Assembly (NCBI GenBank): GCA_030324005.1
Contig: JARDVH010000163.1
Location: forward strand, 45,884,109-45,948,108
Reading direction: 5' to 3'
Length of the DNA stretch: 64,000 nucleotides
Source: Negaprion brevirostris
Taxonomy: Eukaryota
Part shown: positions 1 through 11,607 of the stretch, piece after piece
Numbering within the stretch: the stretch's first letter is position 1
Layout of the letters: each line of letters begins with the position of its first letter
The notes under the pieces: generated by a model
Databases searched by the model: none
Told to the model about the DNA's origin: nothing
The model's input: only the letters and a program-made list of their open reading frames with translations
Position numbers and translations under genes: made by a program

Positions 1-717
1 ATTTGAATATGCAGCTCAAGTGTGTAAGCTCGGGACCAAATGCTAAATATTTGAAGTAGGCTAGGTGCCGCTTTTTATGACTGGCACAGACATAATAGGC
101 CAACTGGCCTCTTCCTGTGCTTTAAACTTTATATGATACTTTGGAATGGAATAATTGCCCTCTTTCCCTCTGCAGGAAATTCCAATTTGGAAATTCAATA
201 TTTCTGTGTCCCCACTGGCTCTTTCTGCCCGATTTTGACAGGAAACCTGTCATGGAAGAAAAGGAAATTTAGGGGCATGTGTCACTTTACAGTAGTGGAT
301 GTAGTGGGAAATCAGGACCCCACTTCTGCTCCCACCCAAATTAATTTGGGATCAGCCAATGTTCTATATTATGATTGCAACAAAACAAGTAATTCACTTG
401 CTGAATTTTAGAATTCTCAATTGTGATATAATTGCGGTTTTGAGTCTGACAGATGGCAGAACAGCACTGGAGGACATTAAGGCTGTGTAGTGCCCTATGG
501 GCCAAAAATGAGCTTCAAGACATTCTCCACTCCTGTCATTTGAATGGTACAATCAAGTAGCTTAAAAATACAATTGAATGGCTACATTTTTAATATATTT
601 ATTCTGGCTAATACAATTTTTCCATTGCTCCAAAAAAAAATCAGCAGTGACATATAGTTAAGGCACAGTACACCAGTATTTTGTAAACAATAAACAAGCA
701 TCTACAACTTACATTTC

Positions 718-903
718 ATAGAATAGAATCATAGAATCCCGTCAATGCAGAAGCAGGCCAATTGGCCCATCGAGCCTGCACCAACAATGATCCCACCCAG
801 GCCCTTTCCCTGTAACCCCAGATATTTACCCTGCTGGTCCCCCTGACACTAAGGGGTAATTTAGCATGGCCAATCAACCCACACAGACATGGGGAGAATG
901 TGG
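718..903 (-). mobile_element. HE1/V-SINE partial copy, CR1-type tail
   Basis: atagaatcatagaatccc..ggcccatcgagcctgcacc..tttagcatggccaatc. Confidence 0.8.
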
Positions 904-1360
904 CATTTAATCATCATAAACCCCCAAGAGTGAGACTCAAATGGCTTATTAAAGTCACCATACTGTTGAAATGTATTATTTGCTGTTTACTGCTTTGTTA
1001 TTGCTGGAGCCATTGACAAAATCAATGAGTGAATTTGATGTATTTTATGAAAACCAGAAGGGGGCACCATACCCAGTAATATGCATCTGTAAAATAGATT
1101 CTCATTTATCAACTTTATGTTTGTTTTCAATCTTCCAGCAAAGGGAGTTTTTCACAAACAATGAACAAATCAGTTGTTTCTACTCTATAATATAGAAATA
1201 ATGAAATGATAGAGTTTAAGAGAACTGATCTAAAGATAATCCAAGTAAATAAAAATGATGTTCTGAGCTCTAAATATAGGAAAATTATTAAACCTGGTTA
1301 ATCTGATATTAACCATCATTAATATTGATGAAATGAATTTTAAAGTTAAAGCTTTAAAAA

Positions 1361-1641
1361 TTTATTTATTAGTGTCACAAGTCAAGTTATATTAATACTG
1401 CAATGGAGCCACTGCAAAATCCCCTAGTCGCCACACTCTGGTGCCTGTTCGGGTTCACAGAAAAAGAATTTAGCTTGGCCAATGTATCTAATCAGCAAGT
1501 CTTTCAGATTGTGGGAGGAAATCGGAGCACCCAGAGGAAACCCATGCAGTCACAGGGAGAACATGCAGACTCGGCACAGTGACCCAAGCTGGGAATTGAA
1601 CCCGGGTCCCTGGTGTTGTGAGGCATCAGTGTGCCACTGTG
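1361..1641 (-). mobile_element. V-SINE, second tail type
   Basis: tRNA head (B box gggttcaattcc on -), V-domain, tail ..gcgactaggggatttt..acttgtgacactaataaa. Confidence 0.88.
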
Positions 1642-1924
1642 TACGATAGGAAATTTGATCAATTTTGTTATTTTCTGTTCAAATGATTGTGCAGAAATTC
1701 ACAAATAACATCCAATCCGGAGATGCAATTTGGAAATTTTATTGTTTCAAATAACCTATTCAAAACTGCATTTTGACCAGTGTCAGAAAACTCCCACATT
1801 TCACTTGGTGATAATAGGCTTTTACCCAGGTGAATAAATATATTTGTAGAAGAGTAAAGATCCTCTTAGTCTAAAAATGTTTGAATGCATGCAAGAGAAC
1901 AATGACAAAACTTATACCTTTAAT

Positions 1925-2500
1925 GTGGGAACAATATCCTACGTATTTCACAGGAGTGTGACTAGAAGAAAATTAATGTTGAACTGCAGAAGGGGAATTT
2001 ATAAATGATGACCAAAAGCTTGGCGAAATAAGCAGGTTTTAAGAAGGGTCTTAAAAGAGGAGTGAGGTAGAGAAGTAGGGGTATTTATTAGAGGAGTTCC
2101 AGATCAGAAGGCTGACATCGTTGAAGATATAACCACCAACAATGCAGTGAAGGGATGGATATTGAACAACAAGTCAGAAGGAGAAAAATGGAAGATTCAG
2201 AGGGAATCCCATGGTTGGAATAACTTAGTGTTAGTGAGTCTCTTGAATGCGTCAGGGGATTCGAAGCAAACAATAGTCAGCAAGGGCAGATGTGAGGGAT
2301 GAGTGGCATTTGGTGCAGGATAGATTATGGGCAGCATTGTTTTGGAATGAGCTGATGTTTATGGAGAATGAAGCAAATGTGACAGGCTGGGAGAGTTGAT
2401 GGAAACAAAGATACCGTTGAAGATTTCAGCAGTAGGTGAACTGAGACTGAGGTGCAGGTGGGTAGCATTATGAAGATCAACAATGCAGGCTGCTTTCCAA
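1925..2500 (-). mobile_element. L2-type LINE 3' remnant
   Basis: atgaccaaaagcttgg..aggttttaagaagggtcttaaaagagga..gagttccaga pattern typical of reverse-strand L2 3' ends; highly decayed. Confidence 0.5.
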
Positions 2501-2659
2501 CAGATTGTAAAGCAACCAAATGAAAAAAGTGTCAAGCTTGTATATTAAACATAATATACTACTTTAAAAATTAGAATGTCTAAGTTACCTTTTAGAGGCT
2601 CAGGTTGCAGTTTCAAACAAGGCCCAAGAATATAAATATGTGTTTATCAGATTATTAAT

Positions 2660-2962
2660 TATTTTATTGGAGTCACAAGTCGGCTTACATCAACACAGAA
2701 ATGAAGTTATTATGAAAATCCCCTAGTCGCCACACCCTGATGCATATTTTGGTGCACTGAGGAAGAATTTAGCATGGCCACTCCACCTAACCAGCACATC
2801 TTTTGTATTGTGGGAGGAGGAAACTGGAGTGCCTGGAAGAAACCCATGCAGACATGGGGAGTATGCACAAACTCCACACAGACAGAGACCCAATCCAGGA
2901 ATTGAGCCTGAGTTTCTGGTGTGTGAGGCAGCAGTGCTAGCCACTGTGCCACCATACCACCC
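2660..2962 (-). mobile_element. V-SINE, second tail type, full length
   Basis: Begins gggtggtatggtggcacagtgg on -; A and B boxes, V-domain and tail present. Confidence 0.9.
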
Positions 2963-3649
2963 TTAATAAAAAGTGTAGATTTTTGTGAAATGGAAGCATT
3001 TCCTTGTCAAAAAGTCACGTTTATCTAATTTTTAAGACACTACGCTCTTAAAATTCTGCAAGGATAAGATAGGAAAATTCTGTTTTATCCAGATATTATT
3101 GTTGCTGTGGTAATAAAATTGACACTGGCAACCTCAAATCATCTCAGGGCAATAGTATCCTGGGAAAGAGTACAAGTCAGAAGTGAGTTGCTCCTTTTAA
3201 AAACACGGCATGTTCTGTATAATAGTTAGGTACAGATATTTACTTTTGTGTGTTAGTGACCCTTCTTGTGGTAAACCTGACCTTTCAGAAAGCTTATCAG
3301 GTCCCCTTCAGAAAGGCTGTCACACTTGGCTGCTTCACATGATGGACAAGATGGCCAATAGAAATTTGAAACACTGAATTAAGAATTGTCTCCAATCCAT
3401 CAGTCGCAAAATTGCAATAAACAGATACGATCAGTTTGAAAACATGTCAGCAGTGACATCCTCCAGGGATCAATCCTATGCTCGCTAGTCTTTTGAACTT
3501 TATTAATGGCCGAAACAATGGTGTTGGGAACATTTCCAGATAACACTAAAATCTATGCAAATCCCTGAAAGTTCCCAGGGATACAAAGGACACAAGGACC
3601 CAACATCACAGACTTCATTGCCTTTGCACTGAAGAAAAAAAATGTTCTC

Positions 3650-4343
3650 ATGTGGAGATGCCGGCATTGGACCGGGGTAAACACAATAAGAAGTCTCACA
3701 ATACCAGGTTAAAGTCCAACAGGTTTATACTCCTGAACTCGGCCAACATTATCTACCTGATACACTGCAGGAAAGGATGTCCCAAGGCATGGTACATTGG
3801 GGAGACCATGCTGACACTATGACAACAGATGAATGAACACAGCTCAACAATCACCAGGCAAGACTGTTCCCTTCCTGTTGGTGAACACTTCAGTGGTCAC
3901 GGGTATTCGGCCTCTGATCTTTGGGTAAATGTTCTCCAAGGCGGCCTTCACAACATACGACAGCGCAGAGTCACTGAGCAGAAACTGATAGCCAAGTTCC
4001 GCACACGAGGATGGCCTCAACTGGGATCTGTAACTCTCATGACTTGCCTGAACTTGCAACATCTCACTTACTGTCCTGCCTGGAGACAATACACATTTCT
4101 TTAACCTTTGCTTAGTGCTATCTCCACTCACATTGTCTGCACCTTTAAGACTTGAGTAGCAGATTAGCTGTAAAGACTCGCATTCTAATCAATATTCTGC
4201 AAACTATGTGTGCCTTTATATGCGCTGTTTGTGATCAGAACTCTCCACTCACCTGACAAAGGAACAGCATTCCGAAAGCTAATGGTGTTTACTACCAAAT
4301 AAACCTGTTGGACTTTAACCTGGTGTTGTGAGACTTCTTACTG
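3650..4343 (+). mobile_element. Penelope-like element family A: 5'-truncated copy with GIY-YIG endonuclease remnant and an inverted terminal segment
   Basis: Translation ANIIYLIHCRKGCPKAWYIGETM..MNEH..LPVGEHF..EQKLIAKFRT is a PLE GIY-YIG, with a stop and a frameshift. 3687-3728 is the reverse complement of 4299-4340. Confidence 0.85.
4250..4284 (+). ncRNA. Degenerate minimal hammerhead motif in PLE family A terminal repeat
   Basis: cac-CTGACAA-A-GGAA(cagca)TTCC-GAAA-GC-TA-atg; core G8 is changed to A. Confidence 0.55.
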
Positions 4344-5879
4344 AAAAAAAGTGTTCCCCAGACATAAAGTAGATATAAATTAGCCCTTCGTAGTAACAAT
4401 GAGACTGTGATTACATGCTTCAAACGAATACTTTTGAACTAATCTTATAATGTGAGATGAATAAATTCACACATATTGATGAGAGTGTTATTTAACAAGA
4501 AAGTGAATAGCTAACAGTACTTAATATATCTATAGAGTTATTGTTGAATAAAATGTTCGTATTTAATCCTGGGGCCTAATTATCACATCCACAATTCAAT
4601 ACTGAAGTTGATAAATATCTTTCACAAAATGCAGATAAATTTCAATAGGTATAACTCTTGTCAAAGAAGAGCTGTGGATAGAATTTTACAATGACTGCTC
4701 TCAAGATGATTAGAAAAACGTTGATTATGGAGCAATTAACGATTCATTACAACCTTGCTTTTCAAGAGGCCAAAGGTTAGAAGTATTTCAAGGGTTCAAT
4801 AAGTGATAAAGAGGTTTTGATGCAAAATCTCCTTTCTGTTGCACATTTTTGCAAAGAGATCAGATACATTTTCCAAAGTTCAGTTTAACAATAAATCTGC
4901 TGCTAGTCAGTCCAAGTTAAAATCATTTTTTTGTCACAAATCCAATGTCCTAGAACTCAGCCCAATGATAAGACATTGAAAATTGACACACTACGTTGAA
5001 TCTTTGTTCCTCACCCTGCTGTAATAGCTGGGCTGATTAATGGCTGTTGAGCTATTAGTTGTCTCAAGGCAGAATTTCTGGAGAGGACGTCCTACCTCCA
5101 AGAGCTGCCAGCCAATTAAATAAATGACAGTTCTCTTGGCCCAGCAGTGTCACGAGGAGCACTGTTGAAGAGGAACTATAGGGCTTAGATGAAGGTAAGT
5201 ACAAGAGGGNNNNNNNNNNNNNNNNNNNNNNNNNNNNNNNNNNNNNNNNNNNNNNNNNNNNNNNNNNNNNNNNNNNNNNNNNNNNNNNNNNNNNNNNNNN
5301 NNNNNNNNNAGATTGACAGGGCTGGGGTGGAGGAGAAATGTTGGAAAGTGGGGAGAAAACCCTGTGAGGGGGACCTCTGCTGGGCACAAATTGCTTGAAT
5401 ATAGGCACCCACCCTGCTTGCTAGCTTTTATTGGGTGGACTGTCAATCTGGAGACAGCATTACCCTCCATGGGCCTCTTAACAACCTCAATTGGCCCCTG
5501 AATGAGTGGCTGCTCAGCATCCTCCCTACTACAGATGAAATACCTGCAGTTGCAGCTGGATGTGATTAGGTGATAGGCACAGTACTGCTGTCATGGTGCC
5601 TAATTCCACCCCCATCCCCACCCAGCAGGAATTCCCACACCTGAGAGAATGTAAAGCTCTGACAATTATCTTCAGCTAGGACTCTGGTGAAATTTCTGAT
5701 TGTTCAACTCTAAGATAGGAGAACCTCAAGCACTTTGTGTAACTGATGGAAGCTTAGGATTCCCCTCTGATCCCTTTACCATAATTTCACACAAGGCAGA
5801 CAAAGCATTACCACCAGGAACCACGTCAGGAACTTTGCCAATGGAAGGCAAAGTTATCCAAAACATGAAAATAAGTAAT

Positions 5880-6442
5880 CAGTTTTAGTGATGTTGACTG
5901 GGTGTTTAATATTAGCTACTATACTAGAAGAAGTCCACTGCTCTTTGCTGATTGTTTGAAAGGCCCCATTGCACCAATCTTGGAAACATAGAAAACAGGA
6001 GGAGGAGACTATTCAGTCTTTGAGCCTGCTCTACCATTCATTATGATCAAGGCTGATCATCAAATTCTCATCAAATTTTGGCTGAACACCAAATTCTCCA
6101 TTCTCACTAACAATGGCAGTAGGCGTGAACAGCTGGAGAATTCCAGCAAACATCTTGGTCAAATGACAATGGCCAGAATTCTCCAATGACACATGCACCA
6201 TCACGTCTACCAGTGAGAACGAAGAATTTGATGCTCAGCTGAATCTCAATTCATTACAGCAGGACCAGAGAATCCCATCCGCAGGCGAGGTCAGAGAATT
6301 CTGGCCTTATTAATGCAGCACTCCCTCAGTGTTACATTGATGTGTCATCCTAGATTATTTTGTGAAGTTTCTGGTGAGGGCCTTTATCTCATGCTCTTCT
6401 GAACTACAGGTGGAAATGCTAAATCTGAACCAATGCTGACGC
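5880..6442 (-). mobile_element. DeuSINE (SacSINE1/AmnSINE1-like) remnant interrupted by a CR1 tail and MITEs
   Basis: gcagcactccctcagtg..tgtcatcctagatt..ttctgaact..tgctaaatctgaacca resembles the reverse-strand tRNA head and Deu domain. gtgatgttgactggg..aatattagc is a further Deu-domain-like segment. Confidence 0.55.
6171..6306. mobile_element. 136-bp MITE-like element with perfect 13-bp TIR
   Basis: ggccagaattctc ... gagaattctggcc. Relatives at about 20542-20635, 30034-30170, 31883-32009, 41320-41401, 42397-42500 and 52900-53018. Confidence 0.7.
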
Positions 6443-8399
6443 TGCAAAGAGCTCCAAAAGGTGTGCTGAGCTCTCCATTTTATTTGGGTAACCTTTTAGC
6501 TATTCACATTACTTCTGAATGTAATTAAAAAATACTTCTCTGTGTTATCTGGTTTGAATGTTTTAGACATTCGTGGTTAATTTCTATCTCTTTAAACATC
6601 GCCAGCATTATTATATGGAAAATCATGTAATAAAAATAATTTCAGATTTCCAGCATCCACAATACTTTGTTTTTATTATGGAAATTCATGTAACTTTTTT
6701 GATGGTTACAGTAAGCACTAGGTTTACACATCCATGAAGTAGCTTTGCAGATTTAAATGCCACATTTAAAAATTCTTAAAAACTATTGATGAGATTAATT
6801 TTTTTCACCACAGGTTAATAAGGATATGATTACTGATGGTACCCCCATTATTTGTGAAACTTATGCTCAAATCGTTTTCATTAGTTCTTTAAATTCTCAT
6901 TGTCTATACATTTTTTAATGACTCTAAAACACTCAGGCAACTGTTGAAAAAATAAATTTTGCAGTAATGATGATCTAATAGTTCTGCATTGTCTACCTTT
7001 GCTGCACAATGCAGATAATTACAAAATTAGTATTAGAGTTTAGCACATCAATCTTTATATATACATGCTACATTTAGCAGTTATGACCAATTAAGCAGCT
7101 TGCTTCTCATGTGGATCAGCTCAGTTGAAGATGTTCTGCATCATTTATGTATGGTTAACTATTATGGTAATAGTTAAACTGATGAGAAATGTTCATTCAG
7201 AAAAGATATACGGTTATGCTGATTTAAGAATAACAAAGGAAATGCAATAATGTTTTTAAAAACCTAAGCTCCAGATCACTATTTATTATGAATTAATTAT
7301 GTTACAAATAATTAGTTCATGATTCATGTAGAATATAACTTTTAGTTCTAGGAATCAAGGTTTTTTTTTATAAAAAAGGGTGNNNNNNNNNNAATGCGAC
7401 GAAAACAAGCTTGGAATCGATTACACTTAAAACATGGGGCTATGTTAACTTACGAGGTTAATTGCTGGAATATGATAATGAAACAGCATGTGGTGAAACT
7501 TAAACAATTCATGACCTATCTAAGGGCCTGCAATGATTTCTGTAATTCCAGAGGACTGTGGAATAATTTGGGTGGTGGTGACAGAAATAAATAATTTTGA
7601 TATCATGAAGTATAAGAGTGTTCTTGGGCTAGGTAGAAAGTAAAACTAAGCGGTTCACATACTATAAGAAATAGGGACCTTTAAGTAATGTTGGAATTCT
7701 TATGTAATTAGTTTGTGTAGCATTTTCTCTACTTTAAAAAAAAAACAAACAATTCCTTGGAGGCAAGGATCAAGACAAGGCAGAGATAAAAGGTAGGACA
7801 GAGAGATGTTTTTATTTTGGAAGTTGGAGCTGTAAAATCAGTTCCTTCCCTCATATAAAAGAAGAAACATTGAACAAGTGATACATAATCTATATGTTCA
7901 TTGAAGCACCCCCCTAGACCTAACTATGGTTTCAGAGAGATCAGTGGAGCTTAGGGAGATTCTCTGGTTTCAATTTAACTGTTTATCAAAAACCTGACCA
8001 TTTTTCTTCATTCATAATTCCTGTGTTATATCAATCTCACATTAGAATGTATGTTACTATTTTCAAGTTAATCTTTTCCCTTGTTTACCTAAACTCTGAT
8101 GTGACTTTTTAAGTTGGCATGTGCACATGATTGGTGGGCCCAGATGCATATGTAACCTTTCCACCCACCCAAGACTGGCAGCTGACATCAATCACACAAT
8201 GGCTGGCCAATTAACTACTGCCTACTCATTACCTGAGAGGGCCAGCATTGCCAAGGTAGCCTGGAACAAGACGGGTACCTCCATGGGGTCAGCTGTGGAC
8301 AGGGGATTTAGAAGAACAAAATGAAGAAAGCAATGGAAATCATAGTGAGTACTTTTGGGAGATGGTGTTGTGGCAGCAGAAATACAAATCATTGCATCC

Positions 8400-9130
8400 A
8401 TCCCTGAAAAGCACGAGATGACACACTTTGGAAGATGTAATTTGACAAGAAAATATTCAATGAATGGTAGGACACTAGGAAGTTCTCTGGAACAAAGGGA
8501 CCTTGACGTGTTTGTCCACAAATCTTTGAAAGCAGAAGGGCATGTTAGTAGAGTGGTGAAAAAGGCATATGCAACACTTGCCTTTACCAATCGAGGCATA
8601 GATTACAAAAGCAGGGAAATCATGTTGGAGTTGTGTAGAACTTTGGTGAGGCCACAGCTAGAGTACTGTAAATAATTAATAATTTAGAATAATTGTTATG
8701 AAGAGAGGTTGTATAGGCTTGTGTTTCGTTGGAGCAGAGAAGATTGAGGGATAACCTGGTTGAGTTGTACAAGATAATGAGATATATGGACAGAGTGGAT
8801 AAGGAACAGCTGTTCCTTTTAATTGAAGGGTCAGTCACAAGGGGACATAGATTCAAGGTGAGGAGCAGAAGGTTTAAAGGGGATGTAAAGAAAAACATTT
8901 TATCCAGAGAGTGGTCTGGAATGTGCTGCCTGGGAGAATGGTAAAAGTGGGTTGCCTCACATCTTTTAAAAACTATCTGGATGAGCACTTGGAACATCAT
9001 AACATTCAGGGTTATGGCCCAAGTGCTGGCAGATGGGATTAGGTGGGAGTTCAGGTATTTCTAATGTGTCAGTGTGGACTCGATGGGCCGAAGGGCCTCT
9101 TCTGAACTGTATGATTTTGTGATTCTATGA
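8400..9130 (+). mobile_element. CR1/HER1-type LINE 3' fragment
   Basis: ORF2 C-terminal motifs (RTLVRPQLEYC, RRLRDNLVELYKIM, TRGHRFKV) and a gattctatga tail. Confidence 0.9.
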
Positions 9131-9564
9131 TCTGGTACTACACAGAATGGCAGACATGCCAAGAAGGGGAATGTCCAGCAATGTGTTGGACATATGAACC
9201 AGTGATTCTAGGGAAGAGAATGTAAACTTTTGTCATATCAAGGAAGGACTCTTGAATCCTGGACGAGGGTCAAGGTGAAGTGGGCACACTTTAGATTGGA
9301 AGAGTGGCTCAGAAATGGAGGGCAATGGTTTAAAGACTGTTAGGTTACATCCAGTGATCCTTTATTTTCTTGCATAAGTAAATGTTTGAAAAGTGCAATG
9401 CCCATTCTCAGAATGTAGATCTAGCTACCTACTCTATCTCTTCAATGCTCATGAGTACTTACAGCTGCTTCTCATGCATCAGATGGATTGTCTTCCGGAC
9501 CAACAGGGGATACAGATGTTCCTCAATTAATAGGAGTGACCCTTCAATGCAGTCGTATCACATG

Positions 9565-9722
9565 CTTCCACAGTCTGAAAGATGTGTTGATTAGGTGCAT
9601 TGGCCGTGCTAAATTCCCCCTCAGTGTACCTAAACAGGTGTTGGAGTGTGGCGACTTGGGGATTTTTGCAGTCACTTCATTGCACTGTTAATGTAAGTCT
9701 TGTGACACAGATAAATAAATAA
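9565..9722 (+). mobile_element. V-SINE 3' half, second tail type
   Basis: ttaggtgcattggccgtgctaaatt..cttgtgacac..ataaataaat. Confidence 0.8.
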
Positions 9723-9724
9723 AT

Positions 9725-10026
9725 TGTAAACAGTTGTGGTCCCAGCACTGATCCTGTGGAACTCCACTGGTTACAGACTGCCAGCTTGAAAAAGAAAGCC
9801 TTATGCCCACTCACCATTCCCTAGCCATGAACCAATTTTCTATCCATTCCAATATACTACCTCCAACGCCAAAGGCTTTTATATTATGACTTAACCTTTG
9901 TGAGATACCTAGTCAAATGTCTTCTGGAAGTCCATTTACAATATTCTATCCTCTCTGGTTCGGACTTCGTCAAAAAAACTCTAATAAATTAGTCAGACGT
10001 GATTTTCCTTTCATGAAGCAATGCTG
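9725..10026 (-). mobile_element. CR1 LINE RT fragment
   Basis: QHCFMKGKSRLTNLLEFF and a GVPQ(D)SVLGP-type motif on the - strand. Confidence 0.85.
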
Positions 10027-11607
10027 NNNNNNNNNNNNNNNNNNNNNNNNNNNNNNNNNNNNNNNNNNNNNNNNNNNNNNNNNNNNNNNNNNNNNNNNNN
10101 NNNNNNNNNNNNNNNNNNNNNNNNNNNNNNNNNNNNNNNNNNNNNNNNNNNNNNNNNNNNNNNNNNNNNNNNNNNNNNNNNNNNNNNNNNNNNNNNNNNN
10201 NNNNNNNNNNNNNNNNNNNNNNNNNNNNNNNNNNNNNNNNNNNNNNNNNNNNNNNNNNNNNNNNNNNNNNNNNNNNNNNNNNNNNNNNNNNNNNNNNNNN
10301 NNNNNNNNNNNNNNNNNNNNNNNNNNNNNNNNNNNNNNNNNNNNNNNNNNNNNNNNNNNNNNNNNNNNNNNNNNNNNNNNNNNNNNNNNNNNNNNNNNNN
10401 NNNNNNNNNNNNNNNNNNNNNNNNNNNNNNNNNNNNNNNNNNNNNNNNNNNNNNNNNNNNNNNNNNNNNNNNNNNNNNNNNNNNNNNNNNNNNNNNNNNN
10501 NNNNNNNNNNNNNNNNNNNNNNNNNNNNNNNNNNNNNNNNNNNNNNNNNNNNNNNNNNNNNNNNNNNNNNNNNNNNNNNNNNNNNNNNNNNNNNNNNNNN
10601 NNNNNNNNNNNNNNNNNNNNNNNNNNNNNNNNNNNNNNNNNNNNNNNNNNNNNNNNNNNNNNNNNNNNNNNNNNNNNNNNNNNNNNNNNNNNNNNNNNNN
10701 NNNNNNNNNNNNNNNNNNNNNNNNNNNNNNNNNNNNNNNNNNNNNNNNNNNNNNNNNNNNNNNNNNNNNNNNNNNNNNNNNNNNNNNNGTAACCTAAAGG
10801 TAAAGGTGAAATCGGTTCTAATATTGAGGGCACCATTCATGTTCCTGGGAAGTATTAGCATACTGCAGTTTTTCGTCCAATTATAAGATCAAGGCTTCAC
10901 TTAAGAAAGTCCCGAACTACTGAACAATTAAGACAGAGTCAAACCTGTTGGAATCTGGCAGTGAACGATCCCAAGTGTTATCATATTATTTCTTATAACA
11001 ATTCACCATTTAATTCTACTCTTTCAAATGTGTCGAGTATAAATTGTTTCTCAAGAAGAAGCGGCTGAACATTATTGAATTTAACTTCCTGCTATTCAAA
11101 AAGAATGAACAGGTTTTAACAACTTTTAAACAAGATCTCAAATAAAATTAATAATCACGCAGCAAAGCAGTCCGTTTAATGACTCAACAGCAAGAAAGAT
11201 GACAGATTGCCGTCTGACTATTAGTGAAATACAATGGAGGAACAAGAAAACGAAAGAAAATACAATAACAAATTTAGCCAAGATCCTTCCACGCCGGTTC
11301 TTACTCCCACCGCTAGAAAACACACGTGCTTAGAGTTTGCTTTTTTACTGAGTCCTTCCCAATGGCCAGGACTGGATGCAATGTTGCGGCAGTGCCCTTT
11401 TACACCGCGTCCTGATAATTCATGTTGGCTCATCCCTTGGCGATGTACGTCCAACAAACTCTTGATCTAACTCCACCCCTTTCACCATTCGCCTTCAAAC
11501 GGTGTTCGTGTGCATCAGCAAATGACCAAAATAACTCAATGATCATTTTTGGCCGACATTCCAAAAGGCTTTTGATCATTTTCTTGTTTACAGCCCAGTT
11601 TTCACGG

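Noticed and set aside
3829-4104. 91-aa ORF as a host gene
   Set aside because: Fragment of a Penelope GIY-YIG endonuclease with an upstream stop and a frameshift.
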